Shown here: piece by piece, positions 16,501 through 28,682 of the stretch
Position numbering within the stretch: position 1 is the stretch's first letter
Layout: the number at the start of each line of letters is the position of its first letter
Assembly (NCBI GenBank): GCA_964187785.1
Contig: OZ076409.1
Coordinates: 63,366,001 to 63,430,000, forward strand
DNA length: 64,000 bases
Origin: Amphiscolops sp. MND2022
Taxonomy: Eukaryota
Direction of reading: 5' to 3'
Translations under genes and position numbers: made by a program
Notes under the pieces: generated by a model
Seen by the model: only the letters and a program-made list of their open reading frames with translations
Database searches by the model: none
Told to the model about the DNA's origin: nothing

Positions 16501-19500
16501 CCACTTATTCATTACAATTTCAGCTAAATGGAAATACGCATAAGCGACTGCTTTCGAGGTGAAATTAGACGCCTGCTGCATGAGAAGGTCAACCAAAATT
16601 GAGAATATTTGAGACGAATACTGGCAGCACGCTAAGGCTTCGTCACATTGAGCTTTGATAGTTTCGATCTTTTCTTTGCCAAACAATTGCGGAAGTTTCA
16701 CTTTCCAATAATCTTCTTTATTGATGAATTGTTCACTCATGTATTTTTCAATTTCATCGGTGAGATCTTGAGCGAATTTGAAATTAGAAGCAACGCGCCA
16801 GCAATCGGCCACGAGTTGGAAGTCGTAGGGGCGAGCTTGTAAAATGTTTTTGAATACGATCTCGGCTAGTTTGGAAGTTGCTCCTACGTCGTCAAATTGG
16901 GCAGCTTCTTTCTCTTCTTCATTTTTCAACAGTTGCTCAATTGTCATCAAACGACTACGTGTCTTTTCAGCTGCAAGTAGTTCGAACTTGAAATACTCTT
17001 TGTGTAGATGGTAACTGTTGGGATGCCTTTTGAGACCTGTAACGAATGAACATAATTCACACATTGAATTGCATGCAAATCTTACTTTTGTGGTAAATTT
17101 AACAATACGGTTACTGAATGAAGAACGACAGGTGTAAGACTGAGTCTGTACCAACGTATCCAAGGTGAGAAAATTCATATATCCATCTCAGTTAGCAATT
17201 CTGAAGAAAGCTGTTTAGTCAAAAAGTACCAAAATGTCGAAACCCTGGTTAAAACTATGGATGCTATCATCAATGAAAGTCGAAAAGTGTGGCTCATGTC
17301 AAAATATCGACTACTCAACAGGGGCGGTTTTAAGGGGGTGCTAGGGAGGCGGCCACCTGCCCGTTTGGAGAGATGTATTGAATGAATTGATGTCACAGCC
17401 GGTAAAATGAACAGAGTTTTGCTAGTTTCAAATATTCAACTGGTGCTCTCGTTTCGGCGCTCCCCCTATTTTGAAAATTCCCCCACATGGTGAGAAAATC
17501 CTTAAACTGCCCCTTCTACTGAAGCAAATTCATCCACTCTTGAATATTGTAAGCAAATGCCGCAATCAAACTTTTGAAACAAAAAGCTAAGAGGAAATAA
17601 TTTACAATTGCATTTCATAATCGGTTGGTTGCTTTGAAGCGTCTGTGACTGCTCACCTAGAAGGAATATGGATCTGGCAGTATTGATGGCATCAATGGTC
17701 TCGAATTCCACTTTGGCACAAAAGACCCAGATGAAGTCCTTCTCCCCGTGGAAGTGCATCATGCGAGACAACACTTTGCTCAACTGAATCAACCTCTTGT
17801 ACCTTCAACATTGCAACTATACTTGAATACTATCTTCTACACGAGTAATTGAAATTTCTTGGAACAAAGTATTCACTTGAAATGGATTTCATCAAGTCAA
17901 AAACGAATGTTAAAGATAACTCTATCTTGAAATGGATATATCCATTTCAAGATAGAGTTTAGGCAAAAAAGGTAGGCACCTTCTAAGAAACCTCAAGTAG
18001 CTTGTCAATAATGAATTAGAAAATCTTTTCTAATTCATTATTGACAAGCTACTTGAGGTTTCTTAGAAGGTGCCTACCTTTTTTGCCTAAACCTGAATGA
18101 AAATCGCAGCTGTGACAAAGTTTGAATGAAGCAGCTGTATTATTCAGAACTAACAAAAAACTAACATAACATAGCTGAACAAGATAACATGATATCGTGA
18201 TACTAAGCTTGCATGAGAAGTCAACACGGCTTCCCTCCTCCAAGACTGAGTCCACGTGTAACAATGGAATGAAGGCTGTGTGATCATCGGTTTACACTAG
18301 CTTCCAATTGCAATTTTACAGGTTCAAATACTGTTTTAAAAATTATTAGGCACCTTTTAAGAAATCTAAAACGGTGACCCGATGTGATTCAAAATGCCCA
18401 CCCGAAAAACGAATAAATTTCTTTAATTTTAAATCATTGTCTCCTGAATCTCTGTTTTCGTTTCTCCTCAGTAAAATTTAAAAAACGACAAGTTTTTTTA
18501 AAAAACAAACGAGCTAAACAAGATTACATAATATCGTAGAGAAATCAACACTAGGATGCAAACCAAGTGCAAAGACAGTAGAATTCGTTCAATAACTTAT
18601 ATATAAACAGTTCATTCTAACCAGCTTTCAGGCATTATCGCTTAATGAGAGCATTGCTCAAAAACGTGCTTTTGCGGAACTGTCGACTTTTTTTTAGCGA
18701 TTTCCACCGTAGGTTGAAATAATTTTTGTGAACTATAAGTCGTTCATGAAAAATAAGTATCAAATTATTGGAAGGCCTGTGCCATTAGTCGAATCAACTT
18801 GGTTACAAACTTCAAGGCGTCATTCGAGTTTGGCTTAGGTCGCTTCAACTTTTGCCATTTTCTTTTTATTCTTATCAAATAGTTATTAGTTTACAATTGC
18901 CTGAGAGAATAACCATTAAATGTATTGATATTGATGAACGTGGCGAACTGACATAGCCATACACGAAAAAACTTGAAAATAACAATGCCCCAGTAATTCA
19001 ATCAGGCAGAATTGACAACCACTTTTAGAAGGGAGAAACCTATGACGTGCGTAGGGACTCTCACTCACTTTTTGCAGAACTCGATGGTGGTTTGCCATAG
19101 ATTAAGGTCATGTGCAAATCTGAAGTTGGCGGCGGCGAACACACCGATGGCCCTCTGCACAATGGCGCCCTCTATTTCATTCCGACGCATCTTGAACTGG
19201 TGCAGTTCCCTCCGCTCTCGAATCAACTCCACTGAAAATGCAACCGAGGAGCTTCGTACGTTGGATTGTGAGAACAACTAGTTGTGTAGCGATTACCAGA
19301 AAACTCAAAAAAAAACAACAGGAAAATTCAACACAATGAAATTTAACACAGGAAAATTCAACCAATTTGTATTGAACTTCTCGGCATAACTTTATCATTT
19401 CGCAAATGTTGTGCACAAGGACTTACCAAACAAATCAACGATATGAGAAAAATAGTCGCTATGGCAAAACAAAACACTAAAATTAGTACTGAAATGTATT

Positions 19501-21045
19501 AAGAATTTTTTCCACCGAATCAGCAGTTGGATTTGTTTATATTTCGATGCTGCAATATTATTTGCTTTTTCCTACACAGTTTCTCATTTTCTTCGGTCAC
19601 AGTAAAAACAAATCCAGTGTTAGAGGAGAAGTTTAGATTTTCTGGTCTAGGACAACAGTAGAACCCCCTTTCAAAAAAAGACTTCAAGAAAGGGCCAACT
19701 TTTGCATTATGCAAAAACAGTAAATTCAGTTTTTAGATGAAAAAATTAAAGCCTCAGAATTCTAGATAATTCGAAAATATCAAAATTTCTGAATTAAATA
19801 CTATATACAAATATATTTTATTTTCGATCCAGGAAAGAAACTCTGTGGCCAATTCAAAGACAACTACTGATACTTAGATTTATATCTTGATAACATGTTT
19901 ATATCTTGATTTAAAAACTTCCTACCTCCTAAAACATGCATTCTTCAACGCTAAGTTATACAGTTCAGCATTCCTTCCTCGCTGATACATCTGCGTACAG
20001 GAAAAAATTCAAAATTCCAAAAAAATCGTTGCTTTAGTGACTTGAGAATCGAATTTTTCATTGAATATTTGAGGCAAAAATAGAACCTGATTTTACGTAA
20101 TCTGATCATGGATTATTGGCATTCATGGCATTCGAGAAAAAAAGTGGAAGGATTTGAGCTGCAGCAACTAGCTTGCAAAGATGACTACTTTTTGAACGAG
20201 GACAAGTTTGATTTCGATGTGAAATGACAATGTGAATTTATCAGCTAAAACGCAAAGCATTCCGTTGGGAGTTTAGAATGGACTCCTAAAATTGGCGAAA
20301 AGCACACAATGGCCGACTGATTTTTTCTCGCGTTACTGGCGATTGTCGAAGATACGAGGTTAGTAAAGACTGCATCATTAATACTGCTCTAGTGCAAACT
20401 TATTCAATTGGTTTTTCCGGAAATTGCACAGAATGAAATACATTTGTAGAGCGCGGTTTTCCAGAGTATACGATATTTTTCAAAGAATGCCTAATATCGG
20501 ATTTATTATCACAAATTTATTCATTAAAATCTGAGCGCCAATCAGGTATAATAGTATGCCAATACCAGCATTTTTTGAGAACGAAAAACTTCATGTGAAT
20601 AAAACGTGAAGATATTGCTCGATACGTTAGGAATATATCATTGAGTACAAAGGGACAAAGCGACAATTTTTGTCATCTTTAGGTCTAATCCCTAGATTAG
20701 ACTATTTCTTCAGATCACTATTTTCAGGAAATTCGCAGTAAGGCAACAGTGTTGACCCAAAACGGTACCCTGAACTACCTTCAGTCCAAAGTCGCCCTAG
20801 TGGCACAGACAGATATACTATATTATATTGGGCGCAAACAACTTACGTAGTTGGACGACATATGTGACGTAAGACACGTATCTGTGTTTCTCCTTGGTGC
20901 AGCTGACCAGATAGTACTCGTAGTTCCTCACTCGCTGCAGCATGGCGTGGCATTCCTCCGAGGAGAAAAGTACAGGGGTCACAGTGAGAGCCTCCCCAAT
21001 GGGCACCCACACTTCCTCCAACCTCTCCAGGGCCCATTCCGCCAT
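10547..21045 (-). CDS. UTP6: U3 snoRNA-associated protein 6 homolog (HAT-repeat SSU processome subunit); 5 exons, ~578 aa
   Basis: Exons 21045-20847, 19231-19069, 17802-17657, 17036-16217 and 10955-10547 have phase-compatible GT-AG introns (1737 nt). MAEWALERLEE, LELIRERR..NEIEGAIVQRAIGVF, LSKVLSRMM..ARSIFLLGLKRHP and KEYFKFELLAAEK parallel the human UTP6 N-terminal domain. Confidence 0.88.
12366..12464. repeat. Perfect fold-back palindrome (49-bp arms, 1-nt loop)
   Basis: 12366-12414 is the exact reverse complement of 12416-12464. Confidence 0.95.
12540..13193 (-). mobile_element. Reverse-oriented, diverged copy of the Helentron/DINE-1-like non-autonomous repeat
   Basis: The reverse complement of ~13160-13193 (ACAAGCTGAGACCGGCCCAATTTGGCGCC) matches the family 5' end. 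Internal TTTTCGGCACTATGCGAC motifs are present. Confidence 0.6.
13200..15575 (+). repeat. Long degenerate copy of the ~185-bp-unit repeat family (UTP6 intron 4)
   Basis: GTGTCAAT.TGAGA units at ~14840 and ~15018. The 3' terminus 15420-15575 matches 990-1150. Confidence 0.6.
13718..13782. repeat. Perfect fold-back palindrome (32-bp arms, 1-nt loop)
   Basis: 13718-13749 is the reverse complement of 13751-13782. Confidence 0.95.
15576..15979 (+). mobile_element. Helentron/DINE-1-like non-autonomous repeat copy
   Basis: Starts AACAAG...ATATCTAAGGCTCAAAA, contains GGGGGACCCTTT units and ends GCGCCGACTAAAAA, like the other copies. Confidence 0.65.
17918..18092. repeat. Two abutting perfect palindromes: 42 bp without loop (17918-17959) and 67-bp arms with 2-nt loop (17957-18092)
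   Basis: Direct reverse-complement comparison of the arms. Confidence 0.95.
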
Positions 21046-21733
21046 GACACTACCTCTGGTGCGAAACTTTTAGCAATAAAATCAACTGAGACAACAAAAG
21101 GTGGTATCTGAAAATAGAACATGATTTTTTGTTCATTAGTTTTTATAATCTAGTACATGCTACGGGTTTCGCAATGGAAAGAAAACTGATCGGATTGGAA
21201 CAAACGTCGAAGACTTCTAAGCTGTGTCTTTACAACAGTCAAGCAACCGCTCGTATATCATTGAAGTATACAAATGTGATTGATTTTATCAACTTGAAGA
21301 GTTGTAATAAAGATATTTCTGACAAATAAGTATTATAAGATACTAAAGTCTTTGTCAGCAAAAAAAAATATGAAAATGCAACGTGACACCAAATGAAGAA
21401 GAAAAAAATTCCTACAAAAATGTACACATTCAGCTTTAGTTAGTATTGATCCCGCCACTTCCAAGAGATATGCCCACGCTCGATAACTACTGAAATATCG
21501 TTTTGTCCAACCGGCTGTTAGGTGAAATTTTCAAAATTTATAAAAGTGGACGTTTCAAGGTGACTGAAGAAAAAAACGAGACGAAAGTAAGAAAAATATA
21601 TTACAGGCTTAGATTCAAACAGCACAATTTGCTGATATTCCTTTGTAAAAACTTGAAAAATAAACTTCGTTCATTGGAGCAACAATTTGATGATGACACT
21701 TGGTGGGAATTTTGGTGCTAATTGGTGGGTGTT

Positions 21734-24700
21734 TTAAAGAGGTTTCTTCTGACTTCCTTCATCTGCACTCAAGGCCGAATACTCTTGCCAGGAGCCATCA
21801 TACACAGCGATGTCGTTTTTGCCCAAAATGGAGGCTGCGAAAGGAAGCACGCAAGCTGAGACTCCTCGCTGGCACATGGCGACCACTGGCTGCTCCTTCG
21901 AGTCCAAGTCAACTGAGAAACTTTTCAACACCTCCTGAGGAACAAATGATACTGCTAGAAATGAAAAGGTGGTTATGAAAAATATTTGCCCTGTTGGAGT
22001 TATTCTAATAAATTCAGTGATATTGCACGATATGATTATTTCGCTATTTCGAGTCCGTGAATCCAACGGGGACAAAATTTATCAACATTAGCTGAGTGAA
22101 AGTTTTCCCCCATCTCATTTCACAATATGACATTGCGAAAAATCAACTTTCGATTTTTAGGATGTATACTGCTAAAACTGTGAGGGCGGAACTATCCATT
22201 AGTTTCAAAGGTGTCCTACTGAATATTTAGAGCCAAAACTTCATTTTCATATGCCCGGTGTCAAATGAAAAAGCATTCAGTTTGACACTTTAAAATTTTG
22301 CAGGACTTGAATCAGACAAAATTGATGAACTTTTGGAATTGGAAAGGATGCCAAACCTTTGGAATTGACCAGACTAGCACTAAAAAACTTGTTTCAGCAT
22401 AAGAGAAGAGGATTAAAAGCAAGAACAGACAGACTTACTTTGATACCTTCCTCATCTTTGAAGGAGCCATCTTCGTTGAAGAAGTTCATATGAGGCACAC
22501 TTTTGGCGTGGTTCACTGACCCTGCTTCGTGGAGACTGGTTGGTCTCACATCGACCAGTTGGAACTCTGACTTGGGCAACTTTGCATTGCTCGAAATCCT
22601 ATCGACAATGATGATTATTTTCATTATTACTCAACCTATCACATTGTACATTCACACTCTTAAAATTGAAACTCCGAAATGTCACTCGCAGATAAACCCT
22701 TGAAAAAAGCAAACAATACTGAGCTGCTTTTAGTCGGTACTTTTACTCCTTTGAACTTTCGGCATAGCGATGCTGTAGCAACCTTTGCACCAGTTTGTGA
22801 CCCTGGTTTATTGCAATATTCAACAATAAGATAACTGTAGAACATTTTCGATTTTTTCATTACTTCACTTAACTTTTTTGCAATTTGGAGAAAATTGATT
22901 TTTCTTTAGCGTAGCAATGTTTTCACCCGCCACTGTTTTCTTTTCCGCCTTGCTTCCATATTATCATCGCAATCAGATTCATTGATTCTATTTGAGGTGT
23001 TCATTTTGCTTCAATAGTCCTTCATTCACAATACCTGGATTATTCTCAATGAAAATAGGCCCCTCCGGGGCTCAGTACTATTTCTGCTTTAATCTTTATT
23101 TTTTTAAAACAAAAAATCATTAATAAAAGAATCATATCTGGAATACCAATACACTCCTGTTTAATCATTACTTAGAGCACAATTAATCACTGTACAAGTT
23201 TACACCGCCTTTAATTCTTCTCGGACTAAAGAAAATATAACTAAGCGTAGACGAAGTTTCGCATTCGCATTTGAATGCAGGCGAAGCTCTCAACGAACGA
23301 ATAATTAACACTCATTCGCTTCATCTCAATGACGTCAGCATACGAATGGATAATTACCACTCGCTCGTTCTATCGCACTAGAATTGAATTGTTGTCGGCA
23401 GCTTTCCCACGCTTACACTCACTGCCGAACAAAATATCTGAATTATTCAGTAGGACGAAATTTGACGACTGAAAAAAAAAAGGACCAACTTTGAGGTTAC
23501 AATAACATTCCTGCTAAAGCAGAAATATTAAAAACAATACAGTATCAAGTTACACAATAATCATCAGTGCCTTTTAAAATCAGCAAGCAGGCTTTCGTTC
23601 AGCTTGGCCACATAATTGCTTCGTTCGAAAGTTGGTGCTTCTGATGAAACTGGAAATTTGTTGTCAGTCCAAGATTTGAAGCCACCATCCAGAATAGAAA
23701 CCTTCTCATGGCCAAATAGTTTGAAAAGAAACCAGATCCGAGCCAGCGGAACGTTGAAAGCCATCTCTTCAGATCGACCATACAACACCACATGGTCATC
23801 ATTCTTTATACCTGGAAAGAATTCAATAAAAACTAAAGATGCATTTGCTACCAAGAAGCTATTCCAAAAGACACACTCTGCGATTCCAATTTGTGTTTGA
23901 CATTCATAGCCAAACTTGATGAACAACTTATTGAATTCCCTTTTTTACTAAGGTATAATTCCATGAAATGTTGATACCCAAATCACCGATTCCTTGCAAT
24001 GCGTTGTTTTCTGGGTGCTTCGATTGATTTGGTTCAAGCTGGACGAATTTCTTACTTGTTGTTTTTTTAAAAAAAATCGAAGATATGTTCGGAATGAGGC
24101 AAACCATATCATTTCAGGCCATCAAGTGATTGAAATAAAAAATCATGATGTTTTTGAAACAAGAAATTTGCTTCAAACTTTTGAAACACAAAAGTGGAAC
24201 TAAAATTGCAGTAAACAGAAAAAGGTTCACATGTGTGAGTCTATGCTGTTCTATTTCTGACAAATAGTTCTGAATATATCGAACACAAATGACTTGTCGT
24301 AAGGTTCAAATTGCTGGTAACAATTATTTGGCTTTCCTTCAACTCAAAACCATGTGTCTAAAGACTTCCAACCATCTGAACTGTTTTCACATACGCATAG
24401 CCTTTTCTTTTGGAACCTTTCCAGTGCTTCCTTATCATAAGATTTGCTAGACAATTTGTATACTAAATCTTTCCCAATTGATATCTTGCAACATTTCGAA
24501 GCAATGGCATTTTCACGCTTTTTTAGATCAAGTCGATTTTTTGCTCTCATATATAAGGTCAAGGTTAGAAATATACGATCGAGCCTATGTTAACTTGGAA
24601 ACATTCCATTCACCAAAATCTCTATTGATCAATAAAACTATTTCGAACAAGCGTATTTCTAACACATGTTATTAACGCTGGTAATAACAATGTTTAAATC

Positions 24701-25661
24701 ACGCATGTTAGAAATACTCCATCAATGATGGTAAGTAAACAAATGGAAACTAAATGAATCAATTGGTGGTTATACCCCTGCTTGAGGCGTGTTCGGCAAA
24801 CTGTTGGGCACTGGGGACCATGAAGGAGAAGTTGGAGTTTTGGTTGGAGATGTCGTGCAGGTTGGTGTACGAGGCATTGGCTATGTGTGACGAGACATAG
24901 GGAGCAGAGGCCGCAGACAGTTCCGTGCAGCCCTCGCTGATGTGAACTCTGATGGCCGAAGACTGTCCATTCAGTGAGCAACACTCACAAATTCAACATC
25001 AGAGATCTTTGATAAATTGTATCATTTATGCAACATCAATGGGTCCAGATTATAGTGAGTTTTTTTTACAGAAACTATATTATGTCTTTAATAGAATTAA
25101 TAAAGATTTGTATTTTCTTTATTCGCACATTCATGCAAGGAAATTAATCTAATTCTTGTTAAATTCAACAGACTTATCTACTGAGTGGATGAAAAGATAT
25201 GGTACTTTCGTTGCAAAACATCGGCAGAAAGGTTCATTTAATACATTCGCATTACATGTGAAGGGACAAAACAACGGATATGAGAAGTATACGCATGCAT
25301 ATCAATCTAAAATTCTCAATCAACAATTCTATTTTTCGGAATAAAACTCAATTCGGCATACTCAGTTCAGTTAAAAATATTCACGGATGTATGAAAAGAA
25401 GCATCTTCAATCTAAATACTTTTCGAATAAACATCAACTGACATCAAAAGAAAAGGATAAAAATAAAATCTTATTGGCTCTGATTGAATTGTGCAAAAAA
25501 TAATAAAGGCTCAATTTCAGGTATCCTTTAATGATTGGTGTGAAAAATGATTCTTTTAAACTATAATGAAAAGATTTGATATTTTTGACGGTGCTGACTG
25601 ATTGGATTGCACTGTAGAGCCACTTAGCAGAGACTAGAGACTGCCGGAACAGCCCCGTCAT
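21734..25661 (-). CDS. TST: Tandem-domain rhodanese sulfurtransferase (TST/MPST family), paralog A; 5 exons, ~283 aa
   Basis: Exons 25661-25599, 24962-24776, 23811-23571, 22598-22439 and 21934-21734 (852 nt; intron 3 needs a GC donor). Motifs: LVSAKWL, HIANA, MVPSAQQF, ARIWFLFKLFGHEKVSILDGG, LVDVR, catalytic CQRGVS and VYDGSWQEY. TST versus MPST assignment is tentative. Confidence 0.88.
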
Positions 25662-25707
25662 GATAACCTGAAACAAACGAAACGATGACCGAAGATCGAA
25701 CAACGCA

Positions 25708-26699
25708 TCAACGAGATGTGAACGTCTCAAGTCGGCGCTCCGCTCAAGGCTCGAAAAGCGCGAAGTTTTCAAGTTTGCTCAAGGGCGTTTTCGAAGAAAA
25801 TCTCACAAACAAATGCCGAAAATACACAAAGGGAGCCTTTCGTGCTCAGAAAACGCTTCTCTTTAACAGAAAACATCAAAACTAGCTAAAAAAATTCATA
25901 AAATGTGTTTTTTTTTCGAAAAGTCCGAGTGCCGAAAAAAAACGGAAAGGGGCCTATACGCTCTTGAAACGTATTGCCCTAACTGGATACATTTTTAAAA
26001 TCGGATGAGAGACACTTTGAATTGGAACTTTCTTTTAAAAAGTCACAGTGCCTTTTTGGGTACCCTTTAAACTCCGGTGTAAAGTCAGTAAAAAGCAGAC
26101 CATTCAGTGTCAAGTTTGTGATCTGGAAAAAAACTTGCCTCCGTCAGTGTCCGACACTGTTACAACAACTGTCGACTAAAAACAAGCCCGAGAGTAACAG
26201 TGTACTAAGACAAGCCGGGATCAGCATAAGTCGGCGCCATATCTAAGGCTCAAAAATAGCAAAAGGACGTCAAAGTGTTAAGCATTCTTTTGCAGTACCT
26301 GAAAGTGCCAAGTATTTTTTTTACAGTACGAAAATTGGACCAAATTGGCACGCCGGGGGAACGCAGCGCGTTTAAAGGGGGGAACCTTTCGGATTTTCTA
26401 ACATCCATTGAAGTCAAATATCAAAAAAATGAAGGGGACCCTCTTTGGGTTTAAAAAAATTCCAAAAAAATCTCACAATGCAGAAAAAATTGAAGGGGGG
26501 CCCTTTAGTCTCTCCCGGTATTGTATGTTACGCGGAAAAAAGAGGAAAAACCTTTTTGGTTCAGTTCGCTAGGCCAAACAATTCAGTTTGGGACCATAAA
26601 ATTTCGTAGAACTTTCAAGAACTATTTTGGTCAGTTCGTGTGGATTGAAAAAAGTCACTATAATAGTCGCGTTACACTTCATGAAGCGCCGACTAAAAA
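25708..26699 (+). mobile_element. Two or three tandem copies of the Helentron/DINE-1-like non-autonomous repeat
   Basis: 5' motifs AAGTCGGCGC at ~25728 and ~26229. 3' ends GTCGACTAAAAA (~26171-26181) and GCGCCGACTAAAAA (~26686-26699). Confidence 0.65.
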
Positions 26700-27921
26700 T
26701 ATCATTCACTTACGGTGTGTGCGTTTTTTACGATCTTTTCAAATCGAAGATTACATTTATGTACCGCAGTTTGGAACGTCTTACGATGGAAAAGATAGCA
26801 TATTCCGTGTATAAGATCCGGATTTCATACGAACCGAATTTGATCATACTACTTGGTTCTTCGTGGATTTCATAACAAACCTTCAGGAAAATCTTCAAAC
26901 ATCGTAATGAACAATCTTATAGCAATCAAATAGTGGGCCGATTTACTTTTGGAACGATTTTTTTTTTAAAAAAAGAACTGTTTACAATAATTTTTGAATG
27001 CAAAAAGTGCTCTGTGCACATATTGAAGGGACGATTCTATTGACTAATAATTGTCACTGCTTGAAATAGCAACATGCAATTTAAATAACGTCTATTTGTT
27101 CTTACATGTATTTATTCTTTCATTTTGAAAAGCAATCGAGTGTTGCGGGTGAAAAATAGGTTTGATTTCAAATATAGTTTCGCTGGCAGGAACTATTGTG
27201 AGCGCGACTCCCTATAAATAACACGATTTGCCAACCCTGGTGCCCATACTGCAGAAAGGCGTGTTGGTTAATCTTTTCGAGTGATACTTTCAATCAACAA
27301 GCCATGTAAGTAGCATCTATAGGAACCCTAGGATTAATACATGCGTGAAAAGAAATTATCTCCACTTCGATCTGAAGAACAAATTCTAGAGTACCTCATT
27401 TGCACTGATGAAACGAATCTAGAATTTAGCCCAGATCAGAATGAGAGCCGCACTGAAGTAAATCTTAATATTGTGATTGCGGTCAGAAAATAGAAATCAA
27501 TAACGACCCGACAAACTCGCGTAGGCATGAATTCTTCGCCCAGACCCGAGGTTTCGAGCAGGTTTTTCATGAAAAGGACTGTTCACGAACTTAATCTCTA
27601 GCTGAAAAGTCCAGACGCGTTAGCGAAGAACGGCCTAGTGATCAAACGCTATGGTTGCCCAAGAACGTGCGTGTGTTGGAAACGATGAAAAACAACTGTA
27701 ATGCTGAAAACATATGGAAGTTAAAACTATTATTATTTCCAAAATACATCCTAACGGATATTCAATTGATATGTCTTGTTTGATAGATGAAAGAATTCAT
27801 ATAGAAATACAATCTATGAGACGTTGTGGAACAGCAATTGAATCAAACTATTTAAAAAACGAGATTCAACTAATTTTGAATTTGGCCGGAAAAAATGAAC
27901 GCTTTGCTGGCTGAAGAAAGG

Positions 27922-28317
27922 TGTAGCTGACTTCGAACATTTCAAACGAATTTGGTTTTCAACAGAAGTCATGACAACTTCCGCCTGCCTGAAAACTTTC
28001 TTAAACTTTTTCTGAAACGAACGTGATAACTTTCACTTGTCTCGATTCAATGAATGTCAAAACTTCTCAAACTAACTGTTGAATTGCTGTTGACTAAAAC
28101 GATTTACCTTATTCGATACACTGGATTGAAATAGAAACTGTTGACACAAGATTTCTTCGATTAGAAAAGAATAGACCCAGATTGATTGGAACGGTCTATT
28201 TTCTCTCTTTCGGTTTTCTTTTCCATTGAAACTTCAGACCCACCAATCAATCTGGGCCGCTCTGAATGAGCTAAAAGAGTAAAAGAAACTGAATGCAAAC
28301 CCCACAGTTTTCTTACA
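27922..28317 (+). repeat. 5' LTR of BEL/Pao element 1 (396 bp)
   Basis: Near-identical to 34890-35282; starts TGTAG and ends TTACA. Confidence 0.95.
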
Positions 28318-28682
28318 TGGCGCCCTAAAGATCCGAACCCGCTTTTCTCTGGGAACTGGCTGGCCTTCTGTCTACGACGGCTAACTCAATTTGCAATCAC
28401 AAAAAATAGGAATTTCTTTGCTTTCTTTGGGGTTAAGTTTAGGTTATCGAATCAGTATCAAAAGTATCAAATTAAGGTTGTCTACCGAAAGATACGCCTC
28501 AGAATTTGATTCTTCTGCTGCCTTTTGTTAAACCAACTTCAACCTGCCATTGATGATCACATTGTTGCCGCAAGTTTCAAGTTAGAGTAATCTCCAGCTA
28601 GATTCACTACAGAACTTGTCTCTTCCATCAATTGACCAGCCAATTGGTTGCGATCCCTTGCAATTTCCTTTTGTGACTCACC

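Noticed and set aside
17319..17480. hAT-type MITE starting CAGGGGCGG
   Set aside because: No matching opposite TIR or TSD could be identified.
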